From Octopus sinensis (Eukaryota), in NCBI RefSeq assembly GCF_006345805.1, contig NC_042997.1, positions 46,500,001 through 46,564,000 of the forward strand: a stretch of DNA of 64,000 nucleotides, read 5' to 3'. The notes beneath the pieces were generated by a model. It searched no databases. It had not been told where the DNA came from and saw only the letters and a list, made by a program, of their open reading frames with translations. Below, piece after piece: positions 51,776-64,000 of this stretch. Every line of letters starts with the position of its first letter. Position 1 is the stretch's first letter. The position numbers and the translations under genes are program-made.

Positions 51776-51919
51776 CTTCTTCTTCTTCTTCTTCTTCTTC
51801 TTCTTCTTCTTCTTCTTCTTCTCCTCCTCCTCCATCTTCTTCTTCTTTTTCTTCTTCTTCTTCTTCTTCTTCTTCTTCTTCTTCTTCTTCTTCTTCTTCT
51901 TCTTCTTCTTCTTTTTCTT

Positions 51920-51950
<31 letters not shown>

Positions 51951-51993
51951 TTATTATTATTATTACTATTATCATCATCATCATCATCATCAT
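51716..51993. repeat. (CTT)n(ATT)n(CAT)n microsatellite
   Basis: Direct reading. It explains the poly-L/S/F/R ORFs. Confidence 0.95.
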
Positions 51994-52994
51994 GATGCGT
52001 AATGCCACTGATTCAGCGAGCTACTTTTCGCCAGAATATACATACCGCTAAAAAAAAAAATATTTCGATGGGATAGAATATCTCTCGACTTACGTCGAAT
52101 ATATGTGGCCATAAACATTCAATTCGTAAAAGCGAAAGCAAATGAAGAAGGGTAAACAAGCGTACCCAACCGACACACTTTATCTTCCACGACTTCTTTG
52201 CAACGTTCTAAATTATGAAAAGCATTCCAGCGTTCATCTTTATTACGGAAATTTATTTCAGGAATAACTTTTTCCTCATTTATACGCATATCTCAGTATT
52301 GCGTAGCCAGGATTATTACAAAAATTTTGTCACGTGAAATTGCAAAGATGATTGCATGTCCCATTGGACGTCTACTTTTACAACCATTCTAATGATTAAT
52401 TCATGACATGAATTTTATCTGTTATCCAATAGAGTCACTGTCTTTTACCAAAAAAAAAAAAAAAAAGACTAATTCTTGAAAATATTTAATCATGAGCATT
52501 AGAACACTTGAACTGAATTTCCAGCTCTGAATTAAAATTCATATTAGCCTGTAAAATATAGTATTGAAATACCCAGGTAATAAAAGCAAATTATAGGTAG
52601 GGGGTTCTGAATAACCAGAAAACACTGATTTAAATATTGAAAATATTTTTACGAACACAGGGTATATAACCTAAAACTAAAACACTAGTAAAGAATTACA
52701 GAAACTATATTAAAATCGATTAAATCGCTTGTAGCTATGCCTTGAACATGCACACATTTATTGCTTTTGTTTCGTATCAGAAAGGCGGGGAAGTGATCAA
52801 TAGTTTCATGTGTTAGAAAAAATTAGGTTCTGATACGTATGGGGAAATAAACATCAGAGATGCTTCCCTCTATACCAAAATTGTGGGAGCCGCATAAATA
52901 TATTGCAAGTTCTTCTCCTGATGGTGACTAATGCGATCACATTGATAGGATACCTTTCGTATTTTCAGCAGGTATCATAGGGTCACACACGATT

Positions 52995-53327
52995 TGCCCC
53001 TTAGCCTGTACGTTTCGCCGGAATTTTCTAACTGAAGATTTTATCCAATCGGCCTTCTGATTGGGTTTTACACCAAAATACTGATTGTATGACCCATCGT
53101 CTTGTTTATGCAACCTCATTTATTTATATATGAGGTAACTTGTTTTGCCATGTGTTTATACGTTCGAAAGCAAAAAAAATGTCACCTCACGTATAAGTAA
53201 ATGACATTACGTAATCAAGATGTTGCATTATTGATTTAGTATTTTGGTGCGAACCCAGTCAGGAGGCTGATTGGACGAAATCTTGTTCACTTAGGAAATT
53301 TAGGCGAAACGTACAGGCCAAGGGGCG
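52995..53327. mobile_element. MITE with ~93-bp imperfect TIRs and candidate 8-bp TSD
   Basis: tgccccttagcctgtacgtttcgcc...ccaaaatact versus agtattttggtg...ggcgaaacgtacaggccaaggggcg. Flanks are acacgatt (52987-52994) and aaacgatt (53328-53335). Confidence 0.8.
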
Positions 53328-54663
53328 AAACGATTCAAAGCGTAGATTCAGGAACTGACAATCTCGATTAACTAAAATTAATTCTTAACCGAATTTGTTT
53401 ATGTTATACGTATACACAGAATAAATTAAATGAGGTTGACGATCAGACACTATATTATTAGATAAGGGAAGTTCAACAATAAATCAGACAAAATAGTAGG
53501 TTGATGTGTAAATTCAGGAAATCCGAGTAAATTTATTGCACGGAAAATCAGATCAATGTAGAGCCCTTAGCACACCGACATTTACTTCAGACAGTCAGGA
53601 CAAAAATATATTCGGATCTGTACATTATTCGTTAAAGCAAAAGATCCAGAACCGTGAAACTTTCCACTTTTTACGCCATTCGATCTTCTCAACAGCTACA
53701 TACAATTTCATCCCGCTTGGTTTCATATTTCTAGAAAGTCGAAATATTATGTTGTTGGTAATCGATGTTAACCAGTTTTTACTTTGGGAAGTTTACGAGA
53801 AGCTAAAAATGGAAATGTTATGTTAATATAAGAATTAAATTAGTGTAAATGTCTTTCAATGACACTTTGTCACGAGTGACAGCAGTAATTTAGCTGTTAT
53901 TTCTGTCTTATATAAAGCGGCTAAAAACAGAATCTATTCCGTGCCAGTTTTACTGGTTATTCGTTGGAATCTAAATATTATTCATTGACATAATATAACA
54001 TTTCATACAGTTAAAGGAATAAATACACACTCGCGCGCGCAAGCAAGCACGCACGTACACACATATTTGCATACAATTGCAGACACACAGATTTGCATTT
54101 AATTGCACACACGCATAATATACATTGCGTTGATAGAGAGCTGTACATGGGCAGAAAAAGATACATAAATTATAAGCAGGTTCTTGACAGAAGTTTTCTA
54201 AAGGATACGTGCATATATAATTTAACTCTTATAAAGTAACAAACAGCATCACAAATATCAAAGAATACATAAATACACATGAAGTAATATATATCACTTG
54301 GTTTATATATAAACATTCATATACACATTCATCTTTGCGCTATTATACATGGTAGCGCAAAAACACGTTATCATATAAATATATTGTTATGTCGTTGAGA
54401 CGTTGACTCTACTACCATGTGATTCTGAGTTCTATCTCACTTCGCAACGCACATGTTTGGTAATTGGGTTTTACTATTTTCGCAGATTGGCAAATTAATA
54501 AATAACTCCGACTAGAATTTGTTGACGGCAACTGCGGAGATTATTCCATTTGTTGACAGCTATTTCGTAATCTGTGTTAGTTACTCAAGCGGTGTTACAT
54601 CATTCATAATATATATATATATAAATAAATATACATATAAGTATCTATCTATCGATATATCTA

Positions 54664-54700
<37 letters not shown>

Positions 54701-56464
54701 ATGTATGTATGTATATATGTATGTATTTATATGTATATATGTATATATATATATATATGTGTGTGTGTGTATACAGGCATGTATATGAATATATATATCT
54801 ATACATGTATATATATATATACGTATATGTATTTATATATATATGAATATATTTGTACGTATATGACGTACCTTATGCATGTGTATTAAAGATTAGCTAG
54901 AAGCTGAGGTTAGGTCCTAGAAGAGAAAGCCCTTTGTAGGAGTATTGTGTTAAAAAGATACATCATACTTCCGAACTTGGCAAAACAAAATCGCCGTGTA
55001 AGTGACTGCTGGTGCGACAGATGCGCATTACACCGTTTTCGCAGCCTGCCGATGCGACGTATTCAAGTCACTTCCGGAGCAAGTTCGAATCATCGGGTCT
55101 GAAGTATACAGAGGTAGTGAATAAACAATGCACAGCTATGTAATGACACAGCTTAGGCTGAATAGAATTGGAATAATGTGTTAGAAGCAGCTCCAGAGCA
55201 AGATCTTTATGAGACTCACTGAACCTATATAAATCGTGTGTGTGTGTGTGAGTGCATGTATGTATATATAATTTTATAACTAAGGATAATATCGATATTT
55301 AAATATCGATATTATCAAGTGGCCAGCATGGGAATAAATACCATACAAAGGTAATAATATTTTTACTACTATAAATAAGGGTATCTGAGAGACACCACCA
55401 TGCCGAAATAGCAGTCAAATCCCTGACTCTAAAGCTAGAAATCCAGGATCTTGAATTATTCAGTAATATCTTTTTGCTAGTCTATTTTGTCTCTCTGTCT
55501 TATTAGTTTATGCATACGTGTAATAATTTCAGCGTTCTCTTTTATGAGGTTTTAGCAAGTTTGTTATAATATCTAGACCATTCTTTCTATATTCAATAGA
55601 CTGTGGGGATGCTGGGACACCGCTTTGGATGTGTATATAAATATATGCGAAAGTTTGCAGACATGATGCATGAGAGTATATATGTATATGTATGTGTGCG
55701 GATGTACGCGTGTACGTATATGTATGTGTACAAATGTTGGTATAGTTCTTCCCTTGCCTACGCTAGTGTAGTAGAAACCTAAAGCTATCAACAAACCAAC
55801 CGTAGGAAAGACAATGGTAATTTAAATTCAAATCCACAGGCCAATCATAATTTAGCGCTAGATCCGTAATTATTTCTGAAATAATAGAGTATTTATGTCA
55901 CAAAGAAAATTATGAACTTAAAATCGGACTTACATATGTACACCTGTGGATTTAATGTAGTATAAACAGAATGCTGGTACTTCTTATTTCGTATGTATAT
56001 GCGGATATATAACACTTTGCATGGTTTTGTAATACTATTGTGACTATACTGTTAATAATGAATTTATGTATTGTTTCTCTAGTATTAACGTTATTGATAA
56101 TAATATGAATGATGATATTGGTAGCATTAGTAGTAACGACAATGATAATGATGCTAGCATTAATGGCATTTTGTAAATTAATAAGAACTAATAGAAAGTA
56201 AACTTGACTCTCTATATCTGCATTTAGATATTAATATGTGTATGTTTTTCTTCTACATTGTAATTATCACAACATTAAGTTGAAAAACTGTAACGTTGAA
56301 TGTGGAGCGTATGTATGTTTATTAATTTTTATTATTTATATCATTATGTATATTTGTATTTATATGTATATGAGTATGAGTATATGCCCTCATATGTATA
56401 TGTATATGTTTTATTATGGGTATATACCCACACCTTTATAAGTATATATGTAATCTAATTTGTA

Positions 56465-56591
56465 ATCTCCGAAGAAGCCTTAGGATGTTTTTGTAAATGT
56501 CTCATTTATAACTACATATTGACCTACCACAAATGGCTAATATGAGTTGAATGAGACATGCTTATCTACATGGCCGAAACAGCTGTAAGAT
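56465..56591 (+). ncRNA. Type-I hammerhead-like motif with long structured stem-II insertion
   Basis: ATCT-CCGAAGA-AGCC...GGCC-GAAA-C-AGCT-GTA-AGAT. Stem I is ATCT/AGAT. The internal helix atgtctcatt (56497-56506) pairs with aatgagacat (56550-56559). Confidence 0.6.
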
Positions 56592-56911
56592 ATAGTCTAT
56601 ATTTATATTTATGTGTACTTATATTTATGTTCTATTATACGTACTCTACTTATTGTTTAACATTACTATTTTATGTACACTCCTTCATGTACACTGCTTT
56701 ACCCTGCATTATTATGTTTAACCTTATAGTTTCTTATGTAGTGGTTTAATATAGCATGTGATTGAGTATTATCTGGTAATTGATATTTGATTTCGATGTA
56801 TTTCTCCATTTTCTTATTTTGTATATATATATACATATATGTGACCTCGTGTGTACCGTTGGCGATTTTTTTTCCTCTGTCTTTCCTTCTCTGGATCTTT
56901 CCTTCTACTAT

Positions 56912-56946
56912 GTTTCCGACGAAGAGCTCCGCTCGAAACGTTAAAC
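56912..56946 (+). ncRNA. Minimal type-I hammerhead-like motif
   Basis: GTTT-CCGACGA-A-GAGC-TCC-GCTC-GAAA-C-GTT-AAAC. Stem I is GTTT/AAAC, stem II is GAGC/GCTC, and stem III contains the palindrome AACGTT. Confidence 0.6.
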
Positions 56947-57043
56947 CCTCCTTCTTTCCTTCTTTCCTGAGCGTCCAATAATACTATATTTGTTCCACGT
57001 CCTCGTGTTGTGTTTTTTGTGCTTTCTTGTTTGGATTAACTTT

Positions 57044-57096
57044 ATATATACATACATACATACATACATACATACATACATACATACATACATACA

Positions 57097-57128
<32 letters not shown>

Positions 57129-57135
57129 CGTACAT
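57044..57135. repeat. (TACA)n microsatellite
   Basis: Direct reading. Confidence 0.95.
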
Positions 57136-58258
57136 AAATATTTATATGTATGTGCGGATGCATCTGTGTGTATAGTGTTAAGCTTGTGTGCATTTATATA
57201 CATGTAGCAATATGTTTAAGTAAGTAAATATGTCCGTATATTTTTTTATACGTATATAAATAATTGTTCACCATAATTTCATTAATGTAACTACCATTTA
57301 TTGCTATTATTATCCTAATTTATCCCCATCTTTTAACTACCGACTCGCTATTTTATTAATAACTGCTTTTTAGCCTTCCTACCAGTTCCACATGAGGTAT
57401 TTTCCGATCATATCCCATTTTATCCCCTTATCAACCATCTTGTAACGAAAATTACATCGTTATGTTTTGAAAAACGGAAACTCAATCAAATTTAAATGCT
57501 TATTCGGGTGTTTTGAATTATATCACATAACATTATATTACATGTATATTCACGTTTTTAATACAGTATTTATCTCAATTGTCCGACGAACGAGAACGTG
57601 AAATTCTGAGTAACAGTTCTGTAATAATTTTGCAGATTTAATAAAAAGTGTGTGCGTGTGCGTACGAGTGCGTGCGCGTGTGTCTGTGTGTGTGTATATA
57701 GATATATGTATAAATTCATAAATGACAGAGAAATAGTTCGATGTAATTTTATTTAACAATGAGAAAATTCTAATATCACGATAAATTGTTTCGTAACTTA
57801 AAAACATTAAGATTTTCGAAAATTCCGAATGGAATCTTTTCCCACTTATACTGTTTCTAAAATTTAGCAGTAACTAAGCGTAAAACAGGCTTCTGGTAAT
57901 CGGAACACAACACTGACCTTGAGAATGTGTAAAATGATTTTTCCAAAGATCACAAGGAATTCTATAAAGAACTAAAAACCCTAATAGTAAAACATAAAAG
58001 TGAAATTTAAAAAATATAGCTTGTCTAATGCTAAGGTGAATGAAATCGTGATTATAGATTTTGTATATCGATATGTAATCATAAGTTTCAAGGATCTAAG
58101 TGTAGGATGTTTGTAGGGTTAGAACAGTCCGTGATAGGAACGAAAACATTCCAAATTAGTTGAGATTCCTTAACGACAACGTAACCTTCATATAGTTAAG
58201 GTATTCTCGGCCTGATGAGTAGATTGCGGTTTACCCCCTCGTTGAATCGTTATTACAT

Positions 58259-58289
58259 CTGAGGAAATGCCAGCTAGGAAACATATGTA
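58259..58289 (+). ncRNA. Degenerate hammerhead-like core
   Basis: CTGAGGA-(12 nt)-GAAA-C-ATAT-GTA. Stems I and II do not pair well. Confidence 0.3.
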
Positions 58290-58325
58290 GCCTGGATTTG
58301 ACCTGTTTCACTCCCTCAGTTTGGA

Positions 58326-58606
<281 letters not shown>

Positions 58607-59430
58607 TGCCTGTGTATTTGTGTTAATGCTTTGTTAATTTATATCCATAAATTTACGGTTTGGAGGAAATTCGGTATATTGTATGTACACCCGACTAAAA
58701 CAAAGTGCGATATTGATATGATCTACCCCCACCCCTGAAAGCGGTGTCCTCGCATCCCCACAGTCTAAAGAATATACAAAGAATGGTCTAGATATTATAA
58801 CAAACTTGCTAAACCCTCATAAAAGAAAACGCTGAAATTATTAGACGTATGCATAAACTAATAGTTTGTATATATTACAGAAAACACTCGAATGAAACTT
58901 GTCATTAACACGATACGAAAAATCTGCAAGCCACAGAACTTGTGTAGTTTACAAAATTCTTTGCATGTATTATAGCCGTTGTCTCCGTGAGTCAAACATT
59001 TACATCAGACATACAAATACATCACATTCACATTGGTGAATACAAATAGGATTTATAGAACATGAAAGAAAATTAGGTAGAACAGCATTGAGTCAAAAGA
59101 TCTAACAGGAGGTTCCACAACAGCAAAATACCAAACAAAAAAAGAAGTAAAAAAGAAAAAAAGAAATTTACGTATTGTTACCGGAAAATAATCTATGAAA
59201 GTAACATAGAACAGTCAAAGTATTTTATGTATAACAAAAATATTATCAGTTACAAATTTGTTCCTAAGATCCCAGTCTACCTACAACAAAATGCGACAAT
59301 GACAGTACTATAATCAATTTGCACACACACAAACCTTCCCCCTACACACACGCCATCTATCTATCTATCTATCTATCGATATATATATATACATATACCT
59401 ATATATATATATACATGTATATATATATAC

Positions 59431-59488
<58 letters not shown>

Positions 59489-59913
59489 ATATATATAATA
59501 TCTGTCAGGTTCTCTGTCTATAACATTAATTATATAATTGACAAAGCAAGGGAATTCATGCATCATAAGCGAGAATAGAATGATGTTCTAAAAAGAATAT
59601 ACGAGATAACATCAATATATATTATATTAAAACTAATACTAAATCAATTCGTGAATTAACTGCATCGTGTTTTACTAAGTTATTGTGTCATACATTTTTT
59701 TTTCTATACGAAAATGACTCAGTTGGATGAAAATATAAAAGGGAACATACAGTGATAGAACATCTAACGAATGATATGATAATCTTGACGGCATCAAACC
59801 TCAAGAGACTCAGTAAACTTAAAAGCACGACTTCACCAGTAAAATCACGATTACACAATACTATTGCTTCAAAGCAAAATGTAATAAAATATAAATATCG
59901 TTTAATAGTTCAC

Positions 59914-59946
<33 letters not shown>

Positions 59947-60099
59947 CATATATGTACATACACAAACATGTACACACACACAAGAAGATACACGCACACA
60001 CATATATATATATACATACACATATATACATAAATATACATGTATATATATAGATATACGTACTCACATATGCACGTATATATTATGTATATATATCTA

Positions 60100-60158
<59 letters not shown>

Positions 60159-60592
60159 ATCTATATCTATATCTATCTATATACACGCACACACATATAT
60201 ATATATATATATATGTACAGATACACACACAAACACACACACACACGTAAATATATATGTATTTTTATTCTATGTATATATAGATATATGTATATTGAAT
60301 TATAAAGGCTAACAATAGCCTCTGATCTTCATTTGGCAAACAGCCCGAAAAAAGGAAATCATCAACCGCCCACTGGAGCTTGGTGCGTAACCCAGAACGT
60401 TCTTTACCTTTGCAGCTGGTCAATAGTTAAAATACTGGAGGACACGGACACCTACACATCTGTTCTCGTCGGTTACAGGCGCAAAAACATTTAGACGCTC
60501 AAAATCGTTCGCTTCGTCACTTGATGCCACTTACCCACTCAATTCTGATGCATCATACACTAAGACATTCACATGGTATAAAGATCATTTAA

Positions 60593-60817
60593 GGCGGCGA
60601 GCTGGCAGAAACGTTAGCACGCCGGGCGAAATGCGTAGCCGTATTTCGTCTGCCGTTACGTTCTGAGTTCAAATTCCGCCGAGGTCGACTTTCATCTTTT
60701 CGGGTTCGATTAAATAAGTACCAGTTACGCACTGGGGTCGATATAACCGACTTAATCCGTTTGTCTGTCCTTGTTTGTCTCCTCTGTGTTTAGCCCCTTG
60801 TGGGTAGTAAAGAAACA
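60593..60817 (+). mobile_element. Family A SINE monomer, well preserved
   Basis: Full head to tail2. 16-bp TSD ggtataaagatcattt (60575-60590) / ggtataaagataattt (60818-60833). Confidence 0.95.
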
Positions 60818-60849
60818 GGTATAAAGATAATTTCTTAACCTTCTTATTT

Positions 60850-61750
60850 CACTTTAGATTCGTTCACCCGCGAAGGTGTGTGTCACTCGCTTTATGATCA
60901 TCCCAACCTTGTGGTGCTAGTCTTACTTTTTCCTCGTCCTTCGTCGTCTGAAAAGCTGACAATCTCACGCAGGGAGGGTGCGTTTCTAATCTACTACTGT
61001 AACATTTCACCTCCCTCAATGAATCGTGTATTGGGTGGCTACATTCAAACCTCATTCTCAGTCAGGATAGATGTAAATCCTTCCGCTTTTGCGGATCGCT
61101 ATGATACTGTACTCGGGTATCTCCATAAATATCTGAACATTATTCTTTGCGGGACAGATTCCTCAACTTGCCCTGCCTAGGATGACATGTTTTACTAAAA
61201 AAACAACTTCAATAGGGGATTCAGCTACTTTTGGTCAAGGTCTAGATTGTGCAATGGTATCTTTTCACAACCCCATTTCTACTCTTCCTACATATATGAA
61301 GCGTCTGATGTTCCAACTGTCGAGCGTTTCATTTAGCAGCTCTGAGTGAAATGATGTACTGTTATCCATCAATATCCCGTCCACTGGGACCCTTTCCCGG
61401 AATATCGCGTTAACCCACTTATAATTTCAGCCGTATTCTCCGTCTTAGATTCTCTCTAAATCATTGTGTTCCCTGGTCTACAGTGAATCGTTGAGAGATA
61501 TGATTATTCCGGGCATTGCGTCACATCAGTTGCCAGCTTCTACCATTCTTCCACCATTTAAACTCTTCTTGTTCCATACCCACTCGGTGCTGGGTCAATG
61601 GACTGCCATTTATTACTGCTCCCATCTAATTTCCTAATACTTTCCTTGGTAACATTAGAAGTTAACATCCTAGCAAAAACTAGGGTATGTCTGTGTTGCG
61701 CTGTCTATTTAGCTCCGGAACCGCCACAAACTCTCCAGAATGAAACTCAC
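60850..61750 (-). mobile_element. Degenerate Ty3/Gypsy integrase fragment
   Basis: Minus-strand fragments QSIDPAPSG, KLATDVTQ..SYLSTIHCRPG, IFRERVPVDGILMDNSTSFHSE, NGVVKRYHCTI, ESVPQRIMFRYLWRYP (zinc-binding end plus rve core D..D..E region). Confidence 0.8.
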
Positions 61751-62389
61751 TGTGAAACTTCTGATCTGAAAAGGGCGCGTTTCTCTTGGTAAGTGCATTC
61801 CTCTTATTTCAGCCTGCTGGCAGCCACTACTGTTGAATGAGAATCACGATACTGTGCAGTCCCCACCTCAGCGTTAGACTTATCTCCTTCAGCACAGCAT
61901 CGAGCTCAGCTACATTGACGTGATTGTAATCCATTAATAGCAAATGACCTCAATTGACTAATAGAAGTCTAAACACCTAAAAGACATGCAATTTGTTTTA
62001 AACTGTCTGCACTGACTCAGAACATTTTTTGAGATGGACGTGTTTTACCTGTCCAGGAAATTTTATCTGCAGTGCAGCTGAGCCACAGTGTTATCAACTT
62101 CCTTCTTTTGGTTCTCATATATATATATATATATATATATGGATTGTTATTTAAATTTTAAAATCACCGACGATAAGTAACCAGTATTTTACAGTCCAAG
62201 TGTTTGACTGTATATAAGAATCCAGTGCCAATACATAAAAGTAGGAGTTGAAGTTATAATCTCTGAAGATTTAACAATATAACTGAGTTATATAATTCAC
62301 ACTATATAACCTCTACGCATTTTAGTTTCAATATAAGCAAACACTTCCCTTTCTTTTCTCTCTTTTTTGTGTTTGCGTGAATGTATATG

Positions 62390-62434
62390 TATATATATAT
62401 GTGTGTGTATGTGTGTGCATGTGTGTATATATAT

Positions 62435-62500
<66 letters not shown>

Positions 62501-62557
62501 TATATATATATATAATATATATATATATACATATAGATGTATGTATATATATATGTG

Positions 62558-62625
<68 letters not shown>
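62390..62625. repeat. (TA)n-rich microsatellite
   Basis: Direct reading. Confidence 0.9.
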
Positions 62626-62628
<3 letters not shown>

Positions 62629-64000
62629 CATGCTTACACACACGAACGTATTTACATATATGCACTTAGATATATACACACGTATTATAGATTGAAATTA
62701 TTATTTAAAACGAGAATGTAGCTCGTCTCGCTGATTCTGTCCGCTAGTTATTATTGTTGTATTAACAAACTGCAACTACTGCTGCTGTCTGACCATTTTC
62801 CATTGTAAGTATCAGCAAAACCCTAAAGCAGTCTTCGAGGTGGTTACAAAAGCAAAGTTTTATTATGCACTTCGAAGGTTTTTGAGCATCTGCAGCAACC
62901 CCGTTGACATAATTTGAATAAGGAAAATTACATTGTGCAACGTTGTGTGAAAATAAAACTTGTAAATGTGCATATGTATATTTTCTATGTCCCACTACAC
63001 AGCACTATATGCATAACAAAAGACTACATACTGTGATTTAATACCAACATTGCAGCATCGATTTGCTAAGAGAATCAGAAAGTGTGCAAGGGGAGGAGAG
63101 CGAGATGAAGGAAGGGAGAGCGCTAGTCAAAAGAAAAGAGCGACTCAGAAGAGTGAGAGAAAGAGAGAGAGAGGGAGAGACAGAAAATGGAAACTGAGAC
63201 AGAGGAATAAAAAATATCAGTGGAATAAAGAAGAAGGAAAAAGAAAAGAAAAATTTAAAGCCAGGGAGGCAGAGATATAAAGCGAGGTATATGACTAGAA
63301 AGAAACTTTTGAAGATAGATATTGAGAGGTAGCGTATAATAATAGGAGGAAAAAAGAGAGAGGGGAGAGACAGACAGACAGACGAACACAGACAGATACA
63401 CTGACAAACTGACGAACTAACAGAAAACTGACGCAAATACACAAAAGGTAGATACAGAGGTCTGCTGATTTAACAGATTTAAATAGTATAAAGCGAAGAC
63501 CGCGGAAACAAATCTGATGTGACCTAATTTTTCTACACATTCTTAGACAAGGCAATGTCGAGCAGCCTCTCGCTTGAATGGTGACAAATTTGTATCCTAT
63601 CACTAGTGATAAAGCGTGTTGGGGCATGGACACGATATTTCGTTCTTTTTCAGTAGCTTCACAGAACTACAAACTTTACAAACAGAAAATATGAATGCCA
63701 TTTCGTCTAATCTAATTCACACAATGGTTACAATGTTAGGATGTTGGGCTGTATATGTTTCAGTTCCTCTGAGCTCTGAGTTCAACTTCCTTTGAGACCA
63801 GCTCTAACTTACATCCTTTCGAGATTCATAAATTAAGTCTCAATATAGTGGGGGTACACCGTGGATTTCATTGATAGTCAACATGTTCTGAACCTAGAAA
63901 TTTAAATTCTGTTGATTTTCAGGGATAACCAGAATTGATTACAAAAAAGCTGCAATGGGTTACAGAAAGGAGCGGCTGTCTCCTGCAGCAATCTAACAAT

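Noticed and set aside
51643-52008. Poly-R/L/S/F ORFs
   Set aside because: They are translations of the (CTT)n microsatellite.
58212-58240. CTGATGA followed by a 5-bp hairpin
   Set aside because: No GAAA follows the stem.
63038-63633. ORFs near the window end
   Set aside because: Low-complexity purine-rich (GA/GACA) sequence

Overview
AT-rich, microsatellite-dense eukaryotic DNA that is intergenic or deep-intronic. The repeat families resemble those of octopod cephalopods (inference from recalled Octopus SINE/LINE families, no search run). No host protein-coding gene can be supported, and most ORFs in the supplied track are microsatellite translations. The window holds decayed mobile elements: many tRNA-derived SINEs (several as head-to-tail multimers), a near-full-length R4/Dong-like RLE LINE abutting an older one, a third RLE LINE 3' remnant, Tx1-like ORF1 and ORF2 fragments, Gypsy gag/LTR and integrase remnants, a Penelope-like RT/GIY-YIG remnant, a Tc1/mariner fragment, two MITEs, a non-autonomous Helitron and a 262-bp-arm foldback. 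The most interesting signals are: (1) four minimal type-I hammerhead-ribozyme-like motifs (19.4, 56.5, 56.9, 58.3 kb) sharing a palindromic stem III, one with a ~95-nt structured stem-II insertion, consistent with Penelope/retrozyme-like non-autonomous RNAs; (2) SINE multimers whose junctions recur in one exact register (GAAATA-NN-TATTTC); (3) possible microsatellite targeting by the R4-like ((AAT)n) and Tx1-like ((ATCT)n) elements. All are hypotheses from reading the sequence by eye.
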